In this document: positions 49,748-62,545 of the stretch, piece after piece | How positions within the stretch are numbered: position 1 is the stretch's first letter | Layout: every line of letters starts with the position of its first letter | Made by a program: the position numbers and the translations under genes | Source: Octopus sinensis | Lineage: Eukaryota | Direction: 5' to 3' | NCBI RefSeq assembly: GCF_006345805.1 | Contig: NC_043010.1 | Location: 13,640,001-13,704,000, forward strand | Length of the DNA: 64,000 nt | Notes under the pieces: generated by a model | Told to the model about the DNA's origin: nothing | The model's input: the letters and a program-made list of their open reading frames with translations, nothing else | Databases searched by the model: none

Positions 49748-50145
49748 GTGGCTGTGTGGTAAGTAGTTTGCTTACCAACCACACGGTTCTGGGTTCAGTC
49801 CCACTGCGTGCCACCTTGGACAAGTGTCTTCTACTATAGCCTCGGGCCGACCAAAGCCTTGTGAGTGGATTCGGTAGACGGAAACCGAAAGAAGCCTGTC
49901 GTATATATGTATATATATATATGTGTGTGTATGTGTTTGTGTGTCTGTGTTTGTCCCCCTAGCATCGCTTGACAACCGATGCTGGTGTGTTTACGTCCCC
50001 ATACTTAGCAGTTCGGCAAAAGTGACCGATAGAATAAGTACTAGGCTTACAAAGAATAAGTCCTTGGGTCGAGTTGCTTGACTAAAGGCGGTGCTCCAGC
50101 ATGGCCACAGTCAAATGACTGAAACAAATAAAAGAGTAAAAGAAT
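49748..50145 (+). mobile_element. SINE family A with a 17-bp tandem duplication at its 5' junction
   Basis: aagtagacatgtgtggt x2 precedes aagtggctgtgtggt. Confidence 0.85.
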
Positions 50146-50365
50146 AAAGTATTCTAAATTTTAGGACAGATAATTTTTGAAACTTGTTCAAAACATTACA
50201 GCACTTTTAATGAAGTTGTTGACATCATATTTGATCACTATCAATGAAACAATAAAAGCAGATGACCAGCTTTATCACTTCTGGACAAGCAATGCAATTG
50301 TTTTCATTCAGAGAGTAAGCTGTAGAAAAAAAAAAAAAGATTTGCTGTGATAGAAGAAGACTGAC

Positions 50366-51163
50366 AAGCTGGCAGAAACGTTAGCACGCCGGGCGAAATG
50401 CATAGCCGTATTTCGTCTGCTGCTACGTTCTGAGTTCAAATTCCGCCGAGGTCGACTTTGCCTTTCATCCTTTCGGGGTCGATAAATTAAGTACTAGTTG
50501 CATACTGGAGTCGATCTTATCGACTGGCCCTCTCCCTAAAAATTTTGGGCCTTGTGCCTAGAGTAGAAAAGAAATGTTAGCATGCCGGGCGAAACGCTTA
50601 GCGATGTTTCGTCTGTCACTACTTCTGAGTTCAAATTCTGCCGAGGTCGACTTTGCCTTTCATCCTTTCGGGGTCGATAAATTAAGTACCAGTTATGCAC
50701 TGGAGTCGATATAATCGACTTAATCTCTTTGTCTGTCCTTGTTTTTCCCCTCTGTGTTTAGCCCTTTATGGGCAATAAAGAAATAGGTATTTCATCTGCC
50801 ATTACATTCCAAGTTCAAATTCTGCCGAGGTCAACTTTGCCTTTCATCCTTTCTGGGTCGACAAAATTAAGTACCAGTTATGCACTGGAGTTGATGTAAT
50901 CGACTTAATCTGCTTGTCTGCCCTTGTTTGTCCCCTCTGTGTTTAGGTGTTTAGCCCCTTGTGTGCAATAAAGAAATAGGTATTTCGTCTGCCATTACGT
51001 TCCAAGTTCAAATTCTGCCGAGGTCGACTTTGCCTTTCATCCTTTCGGGGTTGACAAAATTAAGTACCAGTTACATACTGGAGTCGACGTAATCGACTTA
51101 ATCCATTTGTCTGTCCTTGTTTGTCCCCTCTGTGTTTAGCCCCTTGTATGCAATAAAAAAAAT
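50366..51163 (+). mobile_element. Chimeric SINE B tetramer (one B2 unit plus three B units)
   Basis: 12-bp TSD aagaagactgac at 50354-50365 and 51164-51175. Confidence 0.85.
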
Positions 51164-51519
51164 AAGAAGACTGACTGTAGTTTTGAAATCAACATGCCAG
51201 TTTTAGTCTAAATCAAATGAAAAAGCAAACGCAACAGAAATTATGTTTAAAATTGTTCCCCTGTGTTATAAGTTCACAACACAAAGACATAGGCATAATT
51301 GTGTGGTTAAGAATTCTGCTCTCAGCCACATGGTTTCATTCTCAGACAGGCAAGTTTTATCTTGTGTCACCTTGGGCCACACGGCAGAAATTTATGTATG
51401 TATGTATGTTTCCCTGTTTTTATTTTTTAAATTTCCTACCAACGGAGAAAGAGTTGTTTCTCACCAAGAAACAGGACTCCTTCATAGGAATTTAGATATC
51501 ATGAAATCTTGTTTGCTTG

Positions 51520-51743
51520 TTTGTATGTATGTATGTATGTATGTATGTATGTATGTATGTATGTATGTATGTGTGCATGTATGTATGTATGTGTGCATGT
51601 ATGTACGTATGTATGCATGTATGTATATATGTATGTATGTATATATGTATGTATGTATGCATGTATGTATGTATGTATGCATGTATGTATGTACGTATGT
51701 ATGCATGTATGTATTTATATATGTATGTATGCGTGTATGTATG

Positions 51744-51777
<34 letters not shown>

Positions 51778-52310
51778 TACGTGTATGTATGTATATATGT
51801 ATGTATGCATGTATGTATATATGTATGCATGTATGTATGTATGTACATATGTATGTATGCATGCATGTATGCATGCATGTATGCATGTATGTATGTATGT
51901 ATGTATGTACATATGTATGCATGTATGTATGTATATATGTATGTATGTATGTATGTATATATATGTATGTATATGTATATGTATGTATGTATATATGCAT
52001 GCATGCATGCATATATGTACGTATGTATGTATGTATATATGTACGTATGTATGTATGTATGTATGCATGCATGCATGCATGTATGTATGTATGCATGTAT
52101 GTACGTATGTATGCATGCATGTATGTATGTATGTATGTATGTAAGTATGTATGTATGCATGCATGCATGTATGTATGTATGTATGTATTTATGTATGTAT
52201 ATATGTATGTATGTATGTATGTGTGTATGTGTGTGCATGTATGTAGGTTTGTAGGTATGTATGTGTACATGTATGCATATACATATGTGTATGTGCAGAT
52301 GGGTACAGGC
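51520..52310. repeat. (TATG)n-derived array, ~790 bp
   Basis: Direct reading. Confidence 0.95.
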
Positions 52311-52324
52311 ATGAATGCCACTGC

Positions 52325-52595
52325 ATACATAGCTCTTATCACTTGACGGAGGTGTTTGGCTTAGTGATTAGTGTGCTGGACTCATGATTGTGTGATTGTA
52401 GTTTCGATTCCTGGACTGGGCAATACATTGTGTTCTTGAGCAAAACACTTCATTTCACGTTGCTCCAGTCCACTCAGCTAGTAAAAGTGAGTAATCCTGT
52501 GATGGTCTGGCGTCCCATCCAGGTGGGGAATTTATGCGCTATGGATACTGGAAAACCAACCCTTATGAGTCGGCTTGGCCCAAGAAGGTAACTTT
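52325..52595 (+). mobile_element. tRNA-headed SINE using the type 3 tail module
   Basis: tggcttagtgattag...gtttcgattcc head; cctgtgatggtctggcgtcccatccaggtgggg module. Confidence 0.65.
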
Positions 52596-52665
52596 ACTTT
52601 AGTTTAATGGAGATCTTTCCTTTCTTATTATTTGCTAAACATTTTTTGACAGTACCTTTGATAGT

Positions 52666-52895
52666 TTCTTATTTCTTTACTACCCACAAGGGGCTAAACA
52701 CAGAGGGGACAAACAAGGACAGACAAACAGATTAAGTCGATTATATCGACCCCAGTGCATAACTGGTACTTATTTAATCAACCCCGAAAGGATGAGAGGC
52801 AAAGTCGACCTCGGTGGAATTTGAACTCAGAACGTAACGGCAGACGAAATACTGCTAAGCATTTCGCTCGGCAAACTAAGGTTTCTACACTAACA
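52666..52895 (-). mobile_element. SINE family B monomer
   Basis: Tail ttcttatttctttactaccc; flank cctttgatagtttct duplicated. Confidence 0.85.
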
Positions 52896-53143
52896 TTGCT
52901 GCCTTTGATAGTTTCTATCTGTAATCTTCTGGTTAAGTATCTTCTCCTTGGTTTTGTCTAACCCCAGCTTCTCAAGATTAGGAACAAAGCAGTCAGTTAG
53001 TTATGTTACCAAGTCCTCCTACAATTATTGATTGCAATCTAAATTTATAGTCTGATTAGAGTAACTGCAGATGCTCATTAGTTTGACATAGATGTTCTCT
53101 TTCTCACTAACCTTTAACATTATGTTGACACATACTGAACAAC

Positions 53144-53550
53144 AGGAGTGGCTGTGTGGTAAGTAGCTTGCTAACCAACCACATGGTTCCGGGTTCAGTC
53201 CCACTGCGTGGCATCTTGGACAAGTGTCTTCTACTATAGCCCCGGGCCGACCAATGCCTTGTGAGTGGATTTGGTAGATGGAAACTGAAAGAAGCCTGTC
53301 GTATATATGTATATATATATATAAGTGTGTGTGTATATGTTTGTGTGTCTGTGTTTGTCCCCCTAGCATTGCCTGACAACCGATGCTGGTGTGTTTACGT
53401 CCCCGTAACTTAGCAGTTCGGCAAAAGAGACCAATAGAATAAGTACTGGGCTTACAAAGAATAAGTCCCAGGGTCGATTTGCTCGACTAAAGGCGGTGCT
53501 CCAGCATGGCTCCAGTCAAATGGCTGAAACAAGTAAAAGAGTAAAAGAGT
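53144..53550 (+). mobile_element. SINE family A
   Basis: Full-length match. Confidence 0.9.
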
Positions 53551-53667
53551 AACTGATTTCAACTATTATGCATAGTTTCTTTTATTTGTCCCCTTAAGTT
53601 TATCTTCTTTATGGATTTCATTTTTCAATGTTCAAGTCATGACATTATATCTCATAAGTAGGTAATA

Positions 53668-53905
53668 CTCATCATCATCATCGTCATCGTTTAACGTCCG
53701 CTTTCCATGCTAGCATGGGTTGGACGGTTTGACTGTGGGCTGGCAAACCAGATGGCTGCACCAGGCTCCAGTCTTGATCTGGCAGAGTTTCTACAGCTGG
53801 ATGCCCTTCCTAACACCAACCACTCCGAGAGTGTAGTGGGTGCTTTTTACGTGCCACGGCTACAGGCGCCAGTCAGGCAGTATTGGCAACAACCTCGCTC
53901 GAATT
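53668..53905 (-). mobile_element. Repeat family C
   Basis: (cat)n tail and C core. Confidence 0.85.
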
Positions 53906-54424
53906 TAATACTGTGGTTACATTTTCAGACAGCTATTTATGATTTCAATAACATCTTATACATTAATTACACAAATCCTGCAGTGATTGACTTGCATCGA
54001 AGTGATTGACTCACATTATGTAATTTGTGGTCATTTTCTGCCCCTGTATTGGAAAAGCATATCCTTCAGAGTGAATACTGATGTCCTTCTTGTTAATCTA
54101 GGATAAACTAATCAGATTGTCAACATTGCAGACAGTTTGAAGCCTTTTGGATGAACTTTAAATGAATGTAGCTTCTGTTTTGATGCCCTGCTGTTGTAGA
54201 ATTATGCAACCTCTCTAGGTGTATAACCTTGGTTGTCAGTTAAGGAATACTTTCTGATTCCCAGCTGCCATGATATTATTGGCCTCACATAGGCTCACAG
54301 CTATGGCAAGACTGTACAAGACATTTAATGGTTAGTAGATGTTGTTGAGGGGATATGACGTAACATTCATTCAAAGGTTGCTTAGTTTGATGTTAAACCG
54401 CTGCTACTTTCTTTTCATTTTAAA

Positions 54425-54667
54425 TAGGCGTAGGAATGGCTGTGTGGTAAGTAGCTTGCTCACCAACCACATGGTTCCAGGTTCAGTACCACTGCATGGC
54501 ACCTTGGGCAAGTGTCTTCTACTATAGCCTCGAGCTGACTAAAGCCTTGTGAGTGGATTTGGTAGACAGAAACTGAAAGAAGCCCATCGTATATATGTGT
54601 GTGTGTGCGTGTTTGTATGTCTGTGTTTGTCCTTCCAACATCACTTGACAACCGATGCTGGTGTGTA
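54425..54667 (+). mobile_element. SINE family A, 3'-truncated
   Basis: Head through caaccgatgctggtgtgt. Confidence 0.8.
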
Positions 54668-54889
54668 ATGCTCATAAATCTACTATCTCTACTTGCAATA
54701 AAGGAATTCTTTCTTTGAGTGAAGGATAGATTGCATAATGCTTGTATACAAAGTACAAGTATTATGTACCTGGGTGCTGAATACAGAGAATGTGTGAAGG
54801 CTGGAAAGAAATGATACAAGCCTGTTTTGCTGAAGGTGTAATGTCAATAGGAGTTAGCAACAAAGTACAGGTGAGTTGAGGGAAAAACT

Positions 54890-55162
54890 GAATATAAAGG
54901 GGTATCAAATGCAGTGTACAAGGGAGAAGATTGTATTAGTATGGACATGTGATGTGTAGGGATGAAGAATTTACATGTCAGGTAAAGAATTCAAGTGGAA
55001 AGAAGATGATGAAGAGGAAGCCCATGGGAAGAAGTAGTCAAAGTTGATCACAGGATGCTGAATTTCACAAAGGAGAAGACAAAGGAATGCAACAAATGAC
55101 AAGACAGAGAACTGGAAAGAACCCATTCAACCCATGCAAGCATGTGAAAATGATGATGATGG
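54890..55162 (+). mobile_element. Old degenerate RTE 3' end
   Basis: Remnants of YGHVMR and WEEVVKVD; ends aacccatgcaagcatg...(gat)n. Confidence 0.55.
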
Positions 55163-55801
55163 TAATTGATAATTTAAATAAATATGAAGTAAAAGTGATC
55201 TGCTTTCTCACTGGTCCTTATTCAAGCCAACAAATGGGCCCCTGTTGACATTAATCTTGCTAGGGTTACTAAACTGGATTTAGTAAAACGTGTGATCAAG
55301 CTTTCTGCCATTAGCACAAAACTCCACCATTTTACATAACTTACATGGGAGACTCTACACGGTTGCTTGACTTGTTAGAACTAGCTTCTAAATTCCCCCT
55401 TGATGCACCAGATGTAGTTCTACATATACTTAAAAAGACAGGTGGTCACGTCTGGAATGGTTTTTGTTTATAAGTCTTCTTCATCAGGGCCGATCTACCA
55501 CAGCAAACTGAGACACTGCAAAGGGGTAGCAATCAGGTAGATTTATTTTTCTTTTGAATATAAATATTATTGAGAGCTTCACAGTGGCAATAAAATTTGA
55601 CCCACCTCCCTTTCGCTCTCTCTCTCACTCTTTCTGAATATACTGTACACATTATATTGTAGTAGATTTACTATGGCAAAAAGAATCACAGTTCTGTATA
55701 CCACAGCCGGCTGGTGGGTAAACATCTTTTTTATTTCAAAGAAAAATATTACCGGATACTTCACTGCACCTCTAAACCAGAAGCTCACAGTGTATATATA
55801 T

Positions 55802-55848
<47 letters not shown>

Positions 55849-56063
55849 AAGAAAAAAGCAACAAGAATGGATTAGTTTTTCGGTACAATTGTTTCATACG
55901 AAGAATTGTACTGAAAAATTGATCCATTCTTGTTGCTTTTTTCTTGTTTATAATCACCCCACATTATTTTATGGTTAATACCATATAGATTTCTGGTGCA
56001 TCTAAGTTAAGTACTGCATTCATGTGAATTCATTGGAACTCACTTGAATCTTAATTGCTTTTA

Positions 56064-56131
<68 letters not shown>

Positions 56132-56739
56132 GTGTGTGTGTGTGTGTGTATGTATATATTGTGCCAATACATTTACACATGTGTAAAAAGGAATCAGACC
56201 ATAAGCTAGGAAAACATAAAACTAGATAGCTAGGTAGCTAGGTAGGTATGTTGCCTGGTATATAAGCAGGTGGGCTAATATAAAATTCAAATGAATAGAT
56301 AGATAAGTGGATTGACAGTTCCAATTATTACCGCTAAATGTAGATGATAAATGCAGTTCTGAGTTTCAGAAAGAAAAGGCATGTGGTACTGGAGGGCAAG
56401 GAGACTACAAAATTACTGATTAAAATCGGATGAGGCTACAGGTAACAGGTAGAATAAGGATGGGTAAGGTAATAAAAATGCGTAGAATGAATTGTAAAGT
56501 TTTGCTTTTTTTTTATATAGAAAAAGTTAAGGCTGGGAAATAGAAATAACAGAAACGGGGAGGGGGATAAGAGGAACGGGGAAGGGAGGGTAAATGTGTA
56601 GAAGAGTGGGAGATAAGAGGAAGAAAGACAGTGAAAGAGTAGGAGAGAAAAAAAGCCAGTAGTAGGAGTTAGAAGAAAAAAAGAGTGAAAGTATAAGGAG
56701 ATGTTACATAGAGGTAGGAGGAGGGTATGACTAGACACA

Positions 56740-57150
56740 TCAGTTTACCGACCTGAGCATTAGTCGACACATGAAGCGAGTAAATATCAATTAGTCGCTA
56801 ACTTCGGATGCGACCTTGCAACCGCAGCGCTGGAAACAGGGTAGATTAGCAACAAACACAGTTGCACAGTGGGGGAAGAAAATAATACGACGCACAGACA
56901 GACTGAAATATTTTTATTTACTACATTTTTTTCTACAAGAACTAACAATGAAGTCACTCTCGCGACAACGGGTGTGGACCAAGGGAAGTAACTTGCAGTT
57001 GCGCGCACTTGCTTTCTGTTTCTCCTCACGGCAAACCATAAATTCCACGGAACAAAACTGTAAGGTCCGAGGAAATCCGGTGAGGTCTGCTTCAGCCGAA
57101 AAAATACGTTTAAGTTAGTGTAAACAGTCCAGTAATGGAACAATCGGTTT
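56740..57150. promoter_or_regulatory. CpG-enriched, repeat-free segment; candidate (bidirectional) promoter or first exons
   Basis: Local CpG density against the AT-rich background; donor-like TCG|GTAAAC on minus near 56748 and CCG|GTGAGG on plus near 57080. Confidence 0.3.
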
Positions 57151-57170
57151 ACCATGAGGAAGAAGAAAGA

Positions 57171-57452
57171 TCTAAAATTTCAAACTAGGTCCACCTTGCT
57201 CTGCGAGCTGTTTGTATATTCGATTTTCCTGACGCACACCTTAATTAGTTTTCTTCGGATTCTACCGTTTTGCTCATTAAAAATTTTGCTTCCTGTAAAT
57301 ATAGTTTTAAAATCTAAGATTTCAAACTAGGTCCACCGTCTCTGCGACCTGATTGTATATTCGATTTTCCCGACGCACACCTTAATTAGTTTGCTTCGGA
57401 TTCTACCGTTTTGCTCATTAAAAATTTTGCTTCCTGTAAATATAGTTTTAAA
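57171..57452. repeat. Tandem duplication, 2 x ~142 bp
   Basis: tctaa.atttcaaactaggtccacc at 57171 and 57313. Confidence 0.9.
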
Positions 57453-58140
57453 TGTAAAGATAGTTTTTTTTTTTTTTAAGGTAATTTAAATTACTATCTT
57501 TCATTTCGTTATGTATTTTGCCTTATAAAAATACAATTTCAAAGATTACGTTGTTTAATTGTAATTATTTACGTGCACAGGTGTAGTCGCGTTGTTAGGA
57601 AGTTCGCTTCTGAAATACTTGGTCGTCAGTTCGATCCCTCCGGCCAGTGTCTTGGGGAAAGTGTTTTCTCGCACGAACTTGAGTCGATCAAAATTTTGTT
57701 TGTGGAATTTGATAAACGACAGGACTATACGGATACCTCTCGAGGTTAGATTTTGTTTTACAAGTTGACTTCGTTCGTCGTCCTGTTTAACATCCCCACC
57801 TTATACTGTAGGTTCCTCTTCATTGCAAGTATTCGGGCTAGGTTTCCAGTTTTAGACAACTTCCAACAGTTACGGTAGTCATAAAAGAGACCCTAGGTAC
57901 TACCCTTTCGCCACCAAGTCATACAAATGCATACATGTATCCGATACTCTAATATCAATGTGTGGGTGTGTGAGACAAAAAAAAATCAGAGAGTGTGTGT
58001 GCGCGGGTGCATGTATACACAGATCTGACATTGTCCAAAATTTTATTATGTATCAACAGAGTTTATTTCTACAGGTAAACTTCTTGAAATTGTGGTGTAT
58101 TTTCAGCTGAATTGTGGCCATCCGAAAATACTTCTTAAAT

Positions 58141-58319
58141 CAGTGGTTTTCAACCAGGGTTCCGCAAGAAGTTACAAAACTGCTAAAATCGGCAGTAATT
58201 TTTAATTCTCCTGTGCAGATATGTGTGCATAAGACTATTAAATTATTGCACAGGGGTTCCTCGAGCCAGTGGAATGTTTCCTTGGGGTTCCGCTCCAGCA
58301 AAAAGTTTGAAAAGCACTG
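58141..58319. mobile_element. hAT-like MITE
   Basis: TIR cagtggttttcaacc / gtttgaaaagcactg; perfect TSD tcttaaat. Confidence 0.85.
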
Positions 58320-58605
58320 TCTTAAATACTTGGAAGTACAACTCTGCTGAAGACAAAAACTCATTACTGTTAATAAAAATTTATTCTCAGAAAGAGCAAG
58401 GGGGAGAAGTCCCAAAACTTTCTGTCAGCCATTTAAATTTTTGTGGAAATGGTTTTGTGTTTCTTTATGAAGGTTATGATTTGTGGTTGTTTCGAGTTAA
58501 CTGAGTGTTTCGATTTAATTGAACCTCTTCTGCTATCTATTCTCCCAATATCCAGGCAGTCAATACATGAATCCTATTATTTGAGGAATTATTTATTAAA
58601 ATTAT

Positions 58606-58938
58606 ATCTATTGCATTTCAATCTGTTTTAGGGTTAGGGGTGGGGAGGAAGGGCATCTTTTTTTCTTCAGAAATGTAAATAAACCCAATCTGTTTCTTAA
58701 ACGAGGGACATTTTCATACGGCACAGAATGTTTTCACCTCAATAGACGTCATTGATTGGTTGAAATTGCAGAAATTGAAGAAAAAAAACAACAAATATCT
58801 TACAAACAATAGAATTTTCTCAATAAAGCCAAGAGAAAAAGATGTTTTATAAACACATTCTACCAGTATACGAAGTTTAAAAGTGTTTAATTATGTGGAA
58901 ATTATTTTAAAAAACTGCCGGTCAAACCGAAAAGATCC
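58606..58938 (+). mobile_element. MITE family E, left end missing
   Basis: Internal match and right TIR. Confidence 0.8.
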
Positions 58939-59006
58939 AAAATCTCCTATTTTAAAGTATTCATACTAAAATGATAACCTCCTATCATAATTTTATGTAA
59001 GAACAC

Positions 59007-59731
59007 CAGTGACGTAGCAAATAGGGGAGCAAGGAGAACGACCCCTACTCCCGCGCCCATTTTTCGAAATTGGCGCCTTTTCAACAATTTTTTTCTAACT
59101 CTTTAGTCACCTATATCAATAGTTGTAAGTTTCATACATAATGGCATTGTTACTGAAACGTGAAATTAATGAATGTAACCTATTTTACAATTTATAAAAT
59201 ACTAGCAGTATCTCCCGGCGTTGCTCGGGTTTGTAAGGGAAATAACTATATAAGCATTTTTAGAGAGTTATAGCCAATAATTTGCCAAAAAAATGCATTA
59301 AAAATGGAAAAAAATTATGGTAAATTTTTTTTTTAATCGTTGACTCATCGTAGACATTTTTAGAGAGTTACTTCCCTTATATAATAGCGAAAAAAATGCA
59401 TTAAAATGGAAAAAAAATGATGGTAAAATTTTTTTTAAATCGTAGACTCATCGTAGACGCGTGCTAATACCCAGAAGGGCTCGATATGAATCACGACTAT
59501 AAGATACCCGGTTTTGGTTAAACTGCACCGCAAAATGTGGAAGTAGTTAGGAATCTAAATCGTAGGAGACAGACACACAACCTTACTTTTATATATAAAG
59601 ATATAAAGACATAAAGATTTCGCTTAATATAAGAAAGATGAGTTTAAAATTGTTTCGTATGTATCACTACTTTTTTTTAGGTTGTTTTCTGTGCTCGCTC
59701 CTCCTAACTTTAGAGCCTGGCTACGCTTCAG
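59007..59731. mobile_element. hAT-like element hosting a Helitron
   Basis: Termini cagtgacgtagc / gctacgcttcag; perfect TSD aagaacac at 58999 and 59732. Confidence 0.7.
59202..59601 (-). mobile_element. Non-autonomous Helitron, same family as 29633
   Basis: TC start, cccgagcaacgccggg hairpin, CTAG end, A|T target. Confidence 0.85.
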
Positions 59732-60290
59732 AAGAACACTTTTTATTAGATTATTAAACCCCAATTTTATAATGATAGTTATTTGGCTAAATCCCTTCAA
59801 ATTCTTGATTGAAACACGTAGGTAGTAAATTGCATTAGCTTCAACTGTTATTACCAGGAATTTTGCCCTAGTGACTTCAAGGCTTATTCATCTGTGACAC
59901 GTCAAATTTACGTATTTTTGAAAATCAAAACATTTAGTTTCTTCTTATCTAATGCTTGTCTTCACTTTCCATTGTATTCATTTTCGTTTGCTTTAAACAC
60001 ACTTGGATTCTAAGATCCAGTTGCTGGAGACGTGTCAGGGCTGAAACCTATCAAACAAACGCAAAAACTTATATATTCTGGACATCCAGCTGTAGCAGAG
60101 ATGAGATTTCAATAGTTGATGGACAACAGATACGACTGAGCCTAAGCAGACGATAAAAATGAATCGGGTTAGCTAGATTTCACGTAGATGGAACGCTTTT
60201 AGTGTGGTTGCGATGTAGTTAACGAATAATTGAAGATAAACAACATTTGTGTTCAATTCACAAAATCATACTAAATGGGTATCATTCTTC

Positions 60291-60359
<69 letters not shown>

Positions 60360-60411
60360 GAAGCCCGTCGAATATATGTATGTATATATATATATATATA
60401 CATACATATAT

Positions 60412-60575
60412 TCGACAATCTTCTTTCAGTTTCCGTCTACCAAATCCATTCACAAGCTTTTGGTCGGCCCGAGGCTATTGTAGAAGACACTTGCCCAAGG
60501 TGCCACGCAGTGGGACTGAACCCAGAACCATGTGGTTGGTAAGCAAGCTACTTACCACACAGCCACCCCTGCGCC
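60412..60575 (-). mobile_element. SINE family A, head half
   Basis: cttctttcagtttccgtctacc...cttaccacacagccac. Confidence 0.85.
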
Positions 60576-61021
60576 TTCAACATTAATACTATGCTTACAA
60601 AAAATATTACAACATGTCAAGTACCGCCACATATATGTAATAATGTATATTGTCTTGTGGTGGTATTGCATTTGTTGAGCTATTTTGAACTCTGTAGGTA
60701 GAGTTTATATAATATTATATAAGGTATTTGCTTTAATTGCAAAAGTTTTCTTCCTGTACATATTCGTTTCATTTGTACTATAACACAATCACTGCAAAGG
60801 GACTACTGTAACTAGATGATAGTGTGTTTTGGAACTATCGCATTCATATTTCTCGTCTTCGGACCATGGCTGCCATAAAAGGTATTAAGTCCAGCTAGTT
60901 AGGTCGATGGGTGAGCTTAAAGTTTCCCGCCAAATGGCTTATAGGATGTGTGTGGAACATTTTGCTGACAGTGTATACAAATGCGGGCAAAGCTAGATAA
61001 AAGAGAGCTATTAGATTCTAC

Positions 61022-61779
61022 GGATATTTTCCTTTTGAACGGCAGTTTTCAACACAATTTCTAGTTACCTAAACACTTTTAAACTTCGTATACTGGTAGA
61101 ATATGTTTCTTGGCTTTATTGAGAAAATGCTATATGTTGTAACATATTTCGACTTTAATTTCGAGTATTTCGGCAATTTTAACCAATCGCTGACCTCCAT
61201 TTGGGGTGAAAACATTCCGTGCTGTATGAATATGTCCCTCGTTTAAGAAACAGTTTGGGTTTATTTACATTTGCGAAGAAAAATGGATACCCTTCCCCCA
61301 CCCCTAACCCTAACCATAACTCTAAACCTAACCCTAAAATAGATTGAAATGCAATACTAGGGTTATAATTATGGGTGACAATTTCACTTGACACCGCTAG
61401 AAAAAAATCCCATTTTCCGTAGCGGTGTCGTATGAAATTGTCACCCATAATTATAACCCTAGTATCGATCTATTGCATTTCAATATATTTTAGGGTTAGG
61501 TTTAGAGTTAGGGGTAGGGTATCTTTTTTTCTTCGCAAATGTAAATAAACCCAATCTGTTTCTGAGGGACATATTCATACAGCACGGAATGTTTTCACCC
61601 CAAATGGAGGTCAGCGATTGGTTAAAATTGTCGAAATATGTTACAACATATAGAATTTTCTCAATAAAGCCAAGGAAAAAATGATGTTTTAAAAACACAT
61701 TCTACCAGTAGACGAAGTTTAAAAGTGTTTAGTTAACTAAAAATTGTGTTGAAAACTGCCGTTCAAAAGGAAAAGATTC
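61022..61779. mobile_element. Palindromic dimer of MITE E (two right halves)
   Basis: Arms 61022-61405 and 61418-61779; perfect TSD gattctac at 61014 and 61780. Confidence 0.85.
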
Positions 61780-62018
61780 GATTCTACTAAAGGTTATGTC
61801 GTTTTTCGTTATGCGATGGTTTCTCAGTATTGAAAAATTAATAACAACAGAAGGTACCACATGAGTTATGTTGGTGAATCTCACGGAAAGTCATTCTTAT
61901 TACCGTTATTTAATCTGTCCTCGCTAATCATGAATCGTTGTGATGTTACGTATCAGCATGCTGACCAAATGTTCTTTAATTCGTTAATTCTCAAATGCTA
62001 TTGTTCATTCAATTGCTG

Positions 62019-62052
<34 letters not shown>

Positions 62053-62189
62053 ACACACACACATATTGCTTGAAAAATGCTTTACTACAAATCTCTAAGC
62101 CCTCGAGTATTTCCGGCGGCTAACTCAGCTACAAAAAATATATGTCTACACGCGCGCGCACCCACATACAGACACATACATACATACAT

Positions 62190-62545
62190 AGCTGTGTGAT
62201 AAGCTTGCTTCCTAATCACATGGTCCCAGGTTCAGTCTCACTGCGTGGCACCTTTGGCAACTGTCTTCTACTAAAGCTTCGGGCCGACCAAAACCTTTTG
62301 ACTGGATTTAGCAGACGGAAATTGAGAGAAGCCCGTCGTGTGTGTGTCCTATCATCGCTTGACAACCGATGTTGGTGTGTTTACGTCCCTGTAAAGTAGC
62401 GGTTCAGTAAAAGAAACCGATAGAATAAGTAATAGGCTTACAAAGAATAAGTTCGGGTGTCAATTTCTTCGACTAAAACACTTTAAGGCGATACTCTAGC
62501 ATGGGCACAGTCAAATGACTGTTACAAGTAAAAGAATAAAATAAT
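62190..62545 (+). mobile_element. SINE family A, diverged
   Basis: Recognisable head, body and tail. Confidence 0.75.
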
